Positions 28,916-39,400 are shown, counted from the first letter of the stretch. The stretch: DNA of 64,000 nt from Candidatus Parcubacteria bacterium (GCA_039805545.1 JBDLUA010000007.1:1252-65251), one strand, 5' to 3'. Notes: generated by a model not told the origin, from the letters alone. Program-made: numbers and translations.

Positions 28916-29754
28916 AATACAATTTTTAATCCTTTAATCGCGGGAGCGGGTTTGTATTGTTTTTTGAAGTGTTTTGTAATTTCTTCTACAAGCTTAATAT
29001 CTTTCTTTTCTGCTTTTGAAAAAGATTTTGGAGGTAGCATAAGTGTAACTTTTTTATGTGAATGTTTTCTTTTAATAATTTCCTTTGCAGTATCATAATG
29101 AATGTCATAGATGTGTGCATTTGAAATTGTGTGAGTATAAATTCCTGGTTTTACTTCAAGTTCTTGTGCAAGGATACATTGAAGCAATGCAAAACCGGCA
29201 ACATCATGAGGAAATCCAAGAATCATATCGTTTGATCGAACTACAAGATGAAGATGAAGTTTTCCTCCGATGATGTTTACGGTGAATGTATATGGACAAG
29301 GAACATTCTTTTTTACGACACCACCAAGTCCATCACTTGCAGGATCCCACATTACAACTACTCCATGTCGTGAGCTTGGATCTTTTTTTAATAAATCAAT
29401 AAGAAGTTTGAGTTGATCCCGACCAAAATGCTTTCGCCATCGATATCCATATGCAACAGTTACTACATCTCCAGGATTTGTAAAAATATCCCAAATTTTT
29501 GTGAAATTTCTAAGGAAGTCAGCAGGTTTACGAGATCCAGAGATAAACCATGCCTGTTCAGCAACAAAGAGTTGAATAGGAATCTCTCGAAGTGTAAGAA
29601 GAGGAAAGCCATCCTTCTCTATATCCATAGAAAACGTAAGTCCAGGAAGCGCTTTGGTCTCATGACCTGTTCGGGCATTTTTTTCGGCAATGCCGTCTTT
29701 CATAATATCTTTTAAAAGATTTTGATAAATTGTGTCGAATTTGGTCATTGGCAT
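28912..29754 (-). CDS. thyA: Thymidylate synthase-fold enzyme with dCMP-type specificity residue
   Basis: RTG, FPLLT, YGYRWR, SSRH, PC153, RSND..GFPHD184, NAHIY. Confidence 0.85.
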   Translation of the reverse strand: MPMTKFDTIYQNLLKDIMKDGIAEKNARTGHETKALPGLTFSMDIEKDGFPLLTLREIPIQLFVAEQAWFISGSRKPADFLRNFTKIWDIFTNPGDVVTVAYGYRWRKHFGRDQLKLLIDLLKKDPSSRHGVVVMWDPASDGLGGVVKKNVPCPYTFTVNIIGGKLHLHLVVRSNDMILGFPHDVAGFALLQCILAQELEVKPGIYTHTISNAHIYDIHYDTAKEIIKRKHSHKKVTLMLPPKSFSKAEKKDIKLVEEITKHFKKQYKPAPAIKGLKIVL

Positions 29755-29821
29755 AGAGGTATTGTAGCAAATAAGAGAGATTGCAATATATTGACTTCAA
29801 ATATGTTTGTGTCGTTGTTGT

Positions 29822-29854
29822 ACGCGGTTTAACCCCGGCGGGGTTAAACCGCGT
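29822..29854. repeat. GGTTTAACCCC palindromic repeat, copy 2
   Basis: ACGCGGTTTAACCCC-GGC-GGGGTTAAACCGCGT. Confidence 0.8.
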
Positions 29855-29890
29855 CTTTTTCTTTTCTTCAAATCTGATATGCTCAAAGAC

Positions 29891-30382
29891 ATGAAGAACA
29901 TTCAGTATCCATATCTTCCAGAAGGAAGAGAGATCAAATACGTTTCAATTTTAAATCCATTTATGGCTCGTGCAAAAGAAGTCGCACAAACGATGTCGCT
30001 CGACAAGGTTATGCCTGGTGGTGCTATTGTCGTTAAAGATGGTCAAATCATCGGTGAAGACGGAAATGGAAGTGATTATCACGAAACTCATGAGTGCGAA
30101 CGAGTGAAGCAAAACTGCCCAAGTGGACAAGGGTATGAACTCTGTGAAGGGTGTCATCCTAAGAATCACTCTGAACGAAGTGCCATCACAGATGCTTTGG
30201 AGAGAGGTAACAATCCGCAAGGGGCAGACCTGTATCTTTGGGGTCATTGGTGGTGCTGTGAACCGTGTTGGGATGAGATGATTAAGGCAGGGATCAAAGA
30301 TGTATACCTGCTTGAGGGGAGTGAGGAACTCTTTGATAAAAATCATCCAAACAATATTGTTGGGCGGCAATTTGAGGGCTAA
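29891..30382 (+). CDS. dCMP deaminase-like zinc-dependent deaminase
   Basis: GAIVVKDG..GNG, CERV..SGQGYELC insert, HSE and CCEPC zinc motifs; start moved to ATG 29891 (alternative 29879). Confidence 0.8.
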   Translation: MKNIQYPYLPEGREIKYVSILNPFMARAKEVAQTMSLDKVMPGGAIVVKDGQIIGEDGNGSDYHETHECERVKQNCPSGQGYELCEGCHPKNHSERSAITDALERGNNPQGADLYLWGHWWCCEPCWDEMIKAGIKDVYLLEGSEELFDKNHPNNIVGRQFEG

Positions 30383-30472
30383 ATGGCTGCGAAAGCGGCG
30401 CGATCCCGAAGGGATCGCGCCGCATTTTCTTTGTGCTACAAAAAAGACACAAACAGCTTTAACGAATTCATC

Positions 30473-31645
30473 ATGAAGGATACACAAGTAGAAAAGCTCA
30501 TCAAAGCAGAGCGAGAGCGACAGGGTAAAGTTATTAACTTAATTGCATCCGAAAATATTGTATCCAAGGATGTTCTTGAAGCACTCGGAAGTGAACTCAC
30601 AAACAAATATGCAGAAGGATATTCTCATGCACGATACTATGGCGGAAATGAAATCATAGACAAAGTAGAAGATCTTTGTATCGAACGAGCACTTAAAACT
30701 TTTGGTCTTTCAGAAAATAAATGGCATGTAAATGTACAACCTCTTTCTGGTTCTCCTGCAAACCTTGGAGTATATTCTGCACTTCTAAATCCTGGTGACA
30801 AAATTATGGCAATGGATCTTTCTCATGGAGGACACCTTACACATGGATTTAAAGTTTCTTTCACAGGAAAAATTTATACTCAAATTGCATACGGTGTAGA
30901 CGAAAAAACTTTTATGCTTGATTACGACAAACTCGCTGCTCTCGCAAAAAAAGAAAAACCAAAACTTATTATCACAGGATACTCTGCATATCCACGAAAA
31001 ATTAATTTCAAAAAGTTTAGAGAAATTGCAGATAGTGTAGGCGCACTTCTTATGGTTGATATGGCACACATTGCAGGACTTGTTGCAGCAGGTGCCCATC
31101 CAAGTCCATTTACCTATGCAAATATTGTAACTTCAACAACACATAAGACACTTAGAGGTCCACGATCTGGAATTATTTTTGTAAAAAAAGACACACGAGA
31201 GTTGGATAAAAAAATAGACAAGGCAGTGTTTCCAGGACTTCAAGGTGGTCCACATATGAATCAAATTGCAGCGGTTGCAGTTGCTCTCAAAGAAGCACAA
31301 ACTCCCGCATACAAAAAATATATTGAACAAGTATGTAAGAATGCAAAAGTACTCGCTGATGAACTTAAAAAAAGAGGATGGAGAATTCTTTCTGGAGGAA
31401 CAGATAACCATCTAGTTCTTGTTGATGTGTGGATGGATGGAAAGGGAATAGGAGGAAAGGATGCTTCAGATAAACTTGAAAAGGCAGGAATTATTGTAAA
31501 CAAGAATACAATTCCAGGAGAAACACGAACACCAGTGAATCCATCTGGAATTAGACTTGGAACTGCAGCTGAGACAACACGAGGATTGAAAGAGAAAGAT
31601 TTTATTATCATCGCAAAGAGAATAGATGAAATTTTAAGGAAATAA
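30473..31645 (+). CDS. glyA: Serine hydroxymethyltransferase
   Basis: LIASEN, NKYAEGY, GGHLTHG, TTHKTLRGPR; start moved to ATG 30473. Confidence 0.96.
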   Translation: MKDTQVEKLIKAERERQGKVINLIASENIVSKDVLEALGSELTNKYAEGYSHARYYGGNEIIDKVEDLCIERALKTFGLSENKWHVNVQPLSGSPANLGVYSALLNPGDKIMAMDLSHGGHLTHGFKVSFTGKIYTQIAYGVDEKTFMLDYDKLAALAKKEKPKLIITGYSAYPRKINFKKFREIADSVGALLMVDMAHIAGLVAAGAHPSPFTYANIVTSTTHKTLRGPRSGIIFVKKDTRELDKKIDKAVFPGLQGGPHMNQIAAVAVALKEAQTPAYKKYIEQVCKNAKVLADELKKRGWRILSGGTDNHLVLVDVWMDGKGIGGKDASDKLEKAGIIVNKNTIPGETRTPVNPSGIRLGTAAETTRGLKEKDFIIIAKRIDEILRK

Positions 31646-31662
31646 TATATACTCAATCCAAT

Positions 31663-32292
31663 ATGAGCACATCAAAAGGAAAACTTATCGTAATTGATGC
31701 AGGTGATGGTGCAGGAAAATCCACTCAAATAGAGAACCTTCGAAAACTCTTTGGTGAAAGATTCTTACTTACAAGGGAACCTGGCGGAACAGAATATGCT
31801 GAAGCAATTCGAACTCTTGCCCTAGATCATCCTCTTGCCAAAGATGCAGATGGAAAAACATTGTTCATGCTTATGTGGGCATCACGTGCAGAGCATATGA
31901 ACCATCTCGTTATACCATCTTTGAAAGAAGGGAAGATTATTGTGAGTGATAGATTTGATTCTGCAACTTTTGCCTACAATGTCTGTGCACAAGGACAAGA
32001 ACAACTCAAGGATTACTTTTGGGACACCCGCAAAATGGTTCTTGGTGATTATGCACCAGATCTTTATCTGTATTTGGATCTACCTCCCGAGATTGGGGAG
32101 GAAAGGTTATCCGGTCGTGATGATACTAAGAATCATTTCGATCAAAGACCGATGGACTTCAAATATAAAGTTCGAGAAGGCTTTTTAGAATTTTGTGAGA
32201 AGGTCCCACATGCAGTTGTTGATGCAACTCAAAGTAAGGAAAAAATGTTCGAGGATATTTTGAGAATTTTGAAAGAATATAATATTGCATAG
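31663..32292 (+). CDS. tmk: Thymidylate kinase
   Basis: DAGDGAGKST P-loop, TREPGG, SDRF, PDL. Confidence 0.92.
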   Translation: MSTSKGKLIVIDAGDGAGKSTQIENLRKLFGERFLLTREPGGTEYAEAIRTLALDHPLAKDADGKTLFMLMWASRAEHMNHLVIPSLKEGKIIVSDRFDSATFAYNVCAQGQEQLKDYFWDTRKMVLGDYAPDLYLYLDLPPEIGEERLSGRDDTKNHFDQRPMDFKYKVREGFLEFCEKVPHAVVDATQSKEKMFEDILRILKEYNIA

Positions 32293-32349
32293 TTGAAGGC
32301 GGGCGACCCGAAGGGTTGCCCGCCTTTTTCTTTTTGTTAAAGTATACTC

Positions 32350-32772
32350 ATGAACATTAAAGTAAAAAAACTACATCCAGATGCTGTTGTTCCAAAGATT
32401 GCACACACAGGGGATGCTGGGTGTGATTTATTTGCAACAGAGAGCGTGACTTTAAAGCCAGGAGAAAGAGGGCAAGTCCCTACGGGACTTGCCCTCGAAA
32501 TCCCGCAAGGCTACGTAGCACTCATCTGGGACAAGAGCGGAGTTTCTCATAAAGGGGGTATCAAAACCCTTGGTGGTGTGATAGATTCTGGGTATCGAGG
32601 TGAGTGGTTGGTTGGTGTAATTAACCTTGGGATAGAAGAGTATACCTTTGAAAAAGGTCATAAGGTTGCCCAATTTCTAATTCAAAAAATAGAAACACCA
32701 ACTTTTGAAGAAGTGATAGAATTATCTGATACAAGTAGGGGAGATAACGGATTTGGGAGTACAGGAAAATAA
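32350..32772 (+). CDS. dut: dUTP diphosphatase
   Basis: DAGCDL, DKSG, GVIDSGYRGE, VAQ, RGDNGFGSTG. Confidence 0.96.
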   Translation: MNIKVKKLHPDAVVPKIAHTGDAGCDLFATESVTLKPGERGQVPTGLALEIPQGYVALIWDKSGVSHKGGIKTLGGVIDSGYRGEWLVGVINLGIEEYTFEKGHKVAQFLIQKIETPTFEEVIELSDTSRGDNGFGSTGK

Positions 32773-32775
32773 CCT

Positions 32776-32803
32776 TCGCTCCGACCGAATTCGGTCGGAG
32801 CGA
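32776..32803. repeat. Perfect 28-nt palindrome TCGCTCCGACCGAATTCGGTCGGAGCGA
   Basis: Same arms in swapped order at 57153-57179. Confidence 0.8.
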
Positions 32804-32812
32804 GCAAAAAAT

Positions 32813-34495
32813 ATGCAAGAAAAAATAAAACAATATATAGAAGAAATTTTAAAAGAACTTGAACTACCTCAAGTTAATTTTGATGTTGAACTTCCAAAAG
32901 ATATTTCAAATGGAGATTTTTCTACAAATATCTCTCTTGTACTTTCAAAACAAGTTGGGAAAAACCCAAAAGAAATTGCAGAACAAGTTTTAACTATTTT
33001 AAAAACAAAAAATTATCCCGAATTTTCTAATATCGAAATCGCCGGTCCTGGTTTCATAAACTTCTACCTTTCAAAAGAATATTTTGAATCTCAAATTGCA
33101 CAACCTGTTTCAAAAATAGAAACTCAATATACTGATAAAGAAATCATAATGGAATATATTGACCCTAATCCATTTAAACAATTTCACATCGGTCATTTGA
33201 TGGCTGGAACTATCGGTGAATCAATTTCAAGATTGTATGAACTTGGTGGAGCAGATGTAACACGAATGTGTTATCAAGGGGATATTGGCCCACATGTTGC
33301 AAAGTGTGTATGGGGAATGATTCAACATAAGGAAACATTTCCTCAAGATCAAGATTCAATTGAAGATAAAATAAAATTTATTGGAGATTCTTATGTATAT
33401 GGTGCAACTCAATATAAAGAAAGTCCTGAAGTAGAAATTGAAATAAAAGAACTAAATAAAAAACTTTTTGAAAAATCAGACGCAGAACTTCAAGTTTATT
33501 ATGAAAAGGGTAGAGCCTGGAGTCTTGAAGGTTTTGAATTGATGTATAAAAAAATTGGAACAAAGTTTGATACATATATGTACGAGACTCAAACAGCACC
33601 TATTGGAGAAAAACTTGTTCGAGAAAATCTCGCAAAGGGTATTTTTGAAAAATCAGAAGAGAGTGATGCAATTATTTATAAGGGTGAAAATGAAGGTCTT
33701 CATACTAGAGTATTTATAAATTCACAAGGGCTTCCAACATATGAAGCAAAAGACCTTGGTCTTGCTGTTGTTAAAAGTGAAATGGGAAATTTTGTACGAT
33801 CAATTGTAATTACAGGTGCAGAACAAACAGATTATTTTAAAGTAATGCTTGCAGCACTCTCAAAGATTAAGCCAGAAGAAGCACAAAAAACAACTCATAT
33901 AACGCATGGACTTATGCTGTTTAATGGAAAGAAGATGTCTTCACGAGAAGGTGCGCTTCTCGCAGATGACTTAATTGAAGAAACAAAACAAAAGGTTGAA
34001 GAGAAAATTGTTGGCCGAGAATATACAGAAGAAGAGAAAAAAGAAATTATCGAAGTCGTTGCAATCTCTGCACTTAAATATTCCATCCTCAAACAAACTC
34101 CAGGTAAGAATATTATTTTTGATTTTGAAAAATCAATTTCGTTTGAAGGGGACAGCGGTCCATATATTCAATACGCATATACAAGAGCAATGTCTATCTT
34201 AGGTAAGGTGGGGGAGGTTAATATGGATGCAAAAAATAATAAAGATACATATACAATTGAAAAACTTCTTATTCGATTTGAATCTGTAATCACAAGAGCA
34301 ATTAATGAACTTGCACCTCAACTTGTTGCAAATTATCTTGTAGAACTCGCTGGAGAATTTAATTCTTGGTATGCAAATGAGCGAATCATTGGTGACGAAA
34401 ATGAATCATACAAACTTCTTATTACAAAAAAAGTAGCGGAAGTTCTTAAAACAGGATTGAGTGTTCTTGGAATTAAGGTAACAGGGAAGATGTAA
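32813..34495 (+). CDS. argS: Arginine--tRNA ligase
   Basis: GDFSTN, AGPGFINF, PNPFKQFHIGH, KMSSREG, GPYIQYAY; start moved to ATG 32813. Confidence 0.95.
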   Translation: MQEKIKQYIEEILKELELPQVNFDVELPKDISNGDFSTNISLVLSKQVGKNPKEIAEQVLTILKTKNYPEFSNIEIAGPGFINFYLSKEYFESQIAQPVSKIETQYTDKEIIMEYIDPNPFKQFHIGHLMAGTIGESISRLYELGGADVTRMCYQGDIGPHVAKCVWGMIQHKETFPQDQDSIEDKIKFIGDSYVYGATQYKESPEVEIEIKELNKKLFEKSDAELQVYYEKGRAWSLEGFELMYKKIGTKFDTYMYETQTAPIGEKLVRENLAKGIFEKSEESDAIIYKGENEGLHTRVFINSQGLPTYEAKDLGLAVVKSEMGNFVRSIVITGAEQTDYFKVMLAALSKIKPEEAQKTTHITHGLMLFNGKKMSSREGALLADDLIEETKQKVEEKIVGREYTEEEKKEIIEVVAISALKYSILKQTPGKNIIFDFEKSISFEGDSGPYIQYAYTRAMSILGKVGEVNMDAKNNKDTYTIEKLLIRFESVITRAINELAPQLVANYLVELAGEFNSWYANERIIGDENESYKLLITKKVAEVLKTGLSVLGIKVTGKM

Positions 34496-34529
34496 AAGAA
34501 AATGGCGAACCCCGAAAGGTTCGCCATAA

Positions 34530-34994
34530 TTAGTGTAAGAGTTTTTCCAAAAAAACACTACTCAAAGGAAGACCAAGTTTTTGTTCAAGAATAGACCTCT
34601 CAATTTCCTTCAAAAAGTCAGGTTCATGGAAAAATCTGCAATTAGCAATGAAGATACATGGAACTTGAAAATCAAGAATGGTACCACGCCACCCATCGAT
34701 TATTCGATCGTCGATTTCTATGCGACTCGTATCCTTTTCAGAAGTGCAGAGTTCAGCATAAAGTTTTCGGTGAGCCCAATGATGATCATATGTAGTTCCA
34801 CAACAGGATTTTTTAGTGACAGGGTCGATTGCAAATCCTTCAACTTTGTCTCCTGCTGAAGCACTTTTTTTGTACCAACTGCCTTCCCTTTCTTCATGAT
34901 TACATGCTAAGTACCATGCTGTTTCAACTTGCTTCCAACCTTCTTTTGTCGAAGCAAGACTTTGAAGTCGTTCGTATTCTGCCTGAATGTTCAT
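34530..34994 (-). CDS. Hypothetical orphan protein (Cys/His-containing)
   Basis: 154-aa ORF, no recognised motif. Confidence 0.55.
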   Translation of the reverse strand: MNIQAEYERLQSLASTKEGWKQVETAWYLACNHEEREGSWYKKSASAGDKVEGFAIDPVTKKSCCGTTYDHHWAHRKLYAELCTSEKDTSRIEIDDRIIDGWRGTILDFQVPCIFIANCRFFHEPDFLKEIERSILEQKLGLPLSSVFLEKLLH

Positions 34995-35080
34995 ATATTT
35001 GTGATCTTTTTTGAAACATTACTATAAAAAGTAAATTTGTTAAGTGGTTTTATTTTTTAAGAATAGTATATTATTTATAT

Positions 35081-35941
35081 ATGCCAGACAAATACAAAGC
35101 AGTTTGGGTGTCACACTCCTCGATGGGGGACTTTATAAAATGTCCTCGTTCATACTATTTGAAGAATATGTATAAGAATCCTAAGACGGGGAAGAAAATT
35201 AATATTGTAAGTCCTGCACTCTCGCTTGGATCTGCAGTGCATGAAGTTGTTGAAGGACTTGCAAACTATCCTGCAGATAAAAGATTTGATAAGCCAGAAG
35301 AGCTCCTTGTTCGATTTGACACTGCGTGGGAAAAATTTCATGGAAAGATGGGGGGATTTAAAACAGAACAAGAAGAATTAGATGCAAAGACTCGAGGACA
35401 AACGATGATTCAACGAGTAATTGACCATCCTGGAATGTTGAAAGAAAAAATAGTGAAACTTCCAGAAGGAGATATGCTTCCTAATTTTTATTTATCAGAA
35501 GAGGATAATATTATTCTCTGCGGGCGAATTGACTGGCTCTCATACAAACCAGAAGATGACAGTATTCATATCCTTGATTTTAAAACAGGGAAGAATGAAG
35601 AAAAAGAAGATTCACTTCAGCTTCCAATTTATCAACTTCTTCTAAATAAACTTCAAAAAAGAAAGGTAACCGGCGCTTCATATTGGTATCTCGATAGTGA
35701 AGATGACCCTAAAGAGGTGAGTCTTCCAAATGTTGAAGAATCTTTTGATAAGGTATATAAAGTTGCAAAGCAGGTCGCTGATGCCCGAGAGACAGCTTCT
35801 AAGGAAGGGGTAGATAAGGTATTTGTATGTCCACGAGGTGAACAGGGGTGCTTTTCGTGTGTTCCTTTTGAAAAGATATTGAGGGGCGAAGCTGAATTCC
35901 TCGGAAACGGAGAGTGGGGGCAGGAGATGTATATGGTATAG
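35081..35941 (+). CDS. PD-(D/E)XK nuclease, RecB/AddB/Cas4-like
   Basis: SHSS..CPR, LGSAVH, GRID, LDFKTG, QLPIY, C-terminal Cys cluster. Confidence 0.85.
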   Translation: MPDKYKAVWVSHSSMGDFIKCPRSYYLKNMYKNPKTGKKINIVSPALSLGSAVHEVVEGLANYPADKRFDKPEELLVRFDTAWEKFHGKMGGFKTEQEELDAKTRGQTMIQRVIDHPGMLKEKIVKLPEGDMLPNFYLSEEDNIILCGRIDWLSYKPEDDSIHILDFKTGKNEEKEDSLQLPIYQLLLNKLQKRKVTGASYWYLDSEDDPKEVSLPNVEESFDKVYKVAKQVADARETASKEGVDKVFVCPRGEQGCFSCVPFEKILRGEAEFLGNGEWGQEMYMV

Positions 35942-35991
35942 CATTGACTTTTCTACAAAGTATGCTATTATTCAAAAACTAATTATTTATT

Positions 35992-36303
35992 ATGGAAAAA
36001 CCAGGTATGGAAAGAGGAATAGAAATAGCATTTATTGTTATATTAATAATCGGAATTCTTTCTGGAAAAGGAAAGGAGATTAATAATGTAAGGGTCCCAG
36101 CAGATCCGGTATCTCATGCTGCACGACAGTCAGAACTTTCTTCTGATGTTCAAACATACGGAGATTCATACAATAATCCTTCTACTGGGTATGGTTTTTA
36201 TTCTTCTGATTATAGAAACTATGCTCAATATACTGATCCTCGAATAGGGTATCAATTTTATCTTGAAGATGCGAGAGAAAACGCACCAGAATATATTTGG
36301 TAA
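35992..36303 (+). CDS. Hypothetical exported protein, Tyr-rich C-terminus
   Basis: N-terminal hydrophobic segment, own terminator. Confidence 0.55.
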   Translation: MEKPGMERGIEIAFIVILIIGILSGKGKEINNVRVPADPVSHAARQSELSSDVQTYGDSYNNPSTGYGFYSSDYRNYAQYTDPRIGYQFYLEDARENAPEYIW

Positions 36304-36406
36304 ATAAAAGAAAAAAGCGGCGAAGGCTTTGCCTTCGCCGCTTTTTTCTTTTTGACATACTATTCTAAAAAGAGTACATTTTACTCATAATTAGTAATAG
36401 TTTTAT

Positions 36407-39400
36407 ATGTCAGACACATCAAACAACGAACCAAATCTAAGTGCGGTTGCACAGAAGGAGAAGGAGATACTAGAGTTTTGGAATACAAATCAAATTTTTA
36501 AAAAATCTCTAGAAAAAGATTCACCAAAGGGGGAGTTTACTTTTTATGATGGTCCTCCTTTTGCAACAGGACTTCCTCACTATGGGCATATTCTCGCCGG
36601 AACAATGAAGGATGTGATTCCTCGATATAAGACAATGCTTGGATATCATGTTCGAAGACAGTGGGGTTGGGATTGTCATGGGCTTCCAATTGAGAAGATG
36701 ATTCAGTCTGAACATAATCTTACTACCAAAAAAGACATTGAAGAATTTGGTATAAAAAAATTTAACCAAGCTGCAAAGGCAAGTGTGTTTAAGTACGATA
36801 AAGAATGGAAACATACCGTTCCGCTTACTGGGCGATTTGTTGATATGGATACTTCGTATACAACAATGGATCCTTCTTTTACAAAATCAGTATGGTGGGG
36901 ATTTGGTGAAATTTATAAAAAAGGTTTGGTGTATGAAAGTTTCAAAGTAATGCATGTATCTCCACTTCTTGAAACAACGCTTTCTAACTTTGAAGTTAAT
37001 CAGGGATATCGAGATATCACAGATATCTCTGCAACAGTTAAATTTGAATTAGTTGATGAGCCAAATACATTTGTACTTGCATGGACTACAACTCCTTGGA
37101 CACTCCCTGGAAACGTTGCGCTCGCAGTAGGGAATGAAGTTATATATGTGAAACTTAAATTCGAAGATTCGTTTTACATTCTTGCAAAAGATTTGGTTGA
37201 AAAGAATTTTAAAGAAAAACAAATTGAAATCTCAGAAGAATATCTTGGAAGCGAACTTGTCGGAAAATCATATAAGCCAGTCTTTGAGTATTATGTAAAA
37301 GACAAGTCGCTTACAAATTATGAGAATGGATGGAAAATGTATCCTGCTGATTTTGTAACAACAACTGATGGAACAGGAATCGTACATATTGCTCCTGCCT
37401 TTGGAGAAGATGACCTCAATCTTGGCAAACAATTCAATCTTCCTTTTGTTCAACATGTAAAAATGAACGGAGAAATAAAAGAGGAGGTTACAGATCTTGC
37501 AGGACGACAAGCAAAGCCAAAGCATGATCCACAAGAGACTGATATTGAAGTAATTAAACTGCTTGCGCATAGAGGAACTCTTTTTGCAAAAGAAAAATAC
37601 ACTCACTCATATCCACATTGTTGGCGAACAGATGCGCCGCTTCTTAACTTCGCAACCTCATCATGGTTTATTAAAGTTACAGATCTTAAGGATCAACTTA
37701 TCAAGAATAACAACACTATTAAATGGGTTCCTGAAGCGGTTGGAACAGGACGATTTGGTAATTGGCTCAAGGAGGCAAAGGACTGGGCAATTTCTCGTTC
37801 ACGATTTTGGGGTACACCAATTCCAATTTGGAAATCAGAAGATAGGAAGGATGTAGAGGTGCTTTCATCTCTTGAACACATAAAAGAAAAAACAAAATCA
37901 ACCAACACCTATTTGGTTCTTCGACATGGAGAAGCTGAACATAACATTTCAAAGACAACTTCTGATACAAATGAAGTGCCTAGTCATCTAACACAAAAAG
38001 GCAAAGAACATATCTCACAAGTTGCACAAACTTTGAAAAATAAAAAAATAGATTTTATTTTTGTTTCACCTCTTATGCGAGCGCAAGAGACTGCAGAGAT
38101 TGTAAAAGAATGGTGTGGTCTTAATTCTGATCAAATCATCACAGACGAACGACTCAAAGAAGTTCAAACAGGATTCAATGGAAAGAGTAATGATGAATAT
38201 AAAAACTTTTTCAAAAATCTTGAAGATAGATATGAACATAAACATGAGTTGGGGGAGTCACTCCTTGATATAAAAAAGCGAGTAGGAGATTTTATCTATG
38301 ATATTGATTCAAAATATTCAAATAAAAATATTCTTATTATTTCGCATGAATACCCAATCTGGATGTTGATGTCTGTTAAGGATGGATTGAATAAAACACA
38401 AACACTTGCACTAAAAGAAATGGAAAGAGAGTTTGTTAAGACTGGTGATGTTGAAGAATTAGATTTTGCAAAGATTCCTCATGACGATAACTTTGAACTT
38501 GATTTTCATCGGCCTTATATCGATGAAATTACCTTTGTTCAAAATGGAAAAACATTTAGACGAATCGAAGATGTGTTTGATGGATGGATTGATTCAGGTG
38601 CAATGCCATTTGCAAGTGCAGGATATCCGTATTCAAAAAATGTATTCAAGCCAGGAAACTTTTTCTTCAAAGATAAAGGATTTCCAGCGGACTTTATTGC
38701 GGAAGGACTTGATCAAACACGAGGGTGGTTTTATACATTACTCGTATGGTCAACAGCACTCTTTGGAAAGGCTCCATTTAAACATGTAATTGTAAATGGA
38801 CTTGTACTTGCTGAGGATGGAAAGAAGATGGCTAAGTCTTTAAGGAATTATCCAGCTGTTGAAGATGTTCTATATAAGTATGGCGCAGATGCACTTCGAT
38901 ATTATTTGATGAGTTCAACTGCAGTAAAGGCAGATGACTTGAGATTTTCAGAGAAAGGAGTAGACGAGTCGATGAAGAAGATTGTAATGCGGCTTGATAA
39001 TGTGATTACATTCTATGAAATGTATAAGGATGATTCTGTTGTGCCAAGTAATTCAAGCTCACACATATTGGATAAATGGATTATTGCTCGACTCGCACAG
39101 ACAACTTCAGAAATTACAAAAGCACTTGAAGGATACGAACTTGATAAGGCTTCACGACCACTTATGGATTTTGTAGATGATCTCTCTACCTGGTACCTTC
39201 GAAGAAGTCGAGATAGATTGAAGTCAGATGGCGAAGATAAAAATCTTGCACTTGCAACACTCAGGTATTCACTTCGAGAATTTGCAAAAGTGATGGCACC
39301 AATTATGCCATTTAAGGCAGAGGACACCTATCTTCGAACACGAGAGATGAATGAAGTAGAAAGTGTTCATCTCTGTGCATGGCCTACAAATAATTCATTT

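Noticed and set aside
29891-30382. TadA or RibD deaminase assignment
   Set aside because: dCMP-deaminase-type Cys insert, nucleotide-synthesis context, and a GCG tRNA-Arg that needs no A34 editing
36304-36406. T-box leader upstream of ileS
   Set aside because: Gap is about 100 nt and holds only a terminator and promoter, with no T-box consensus
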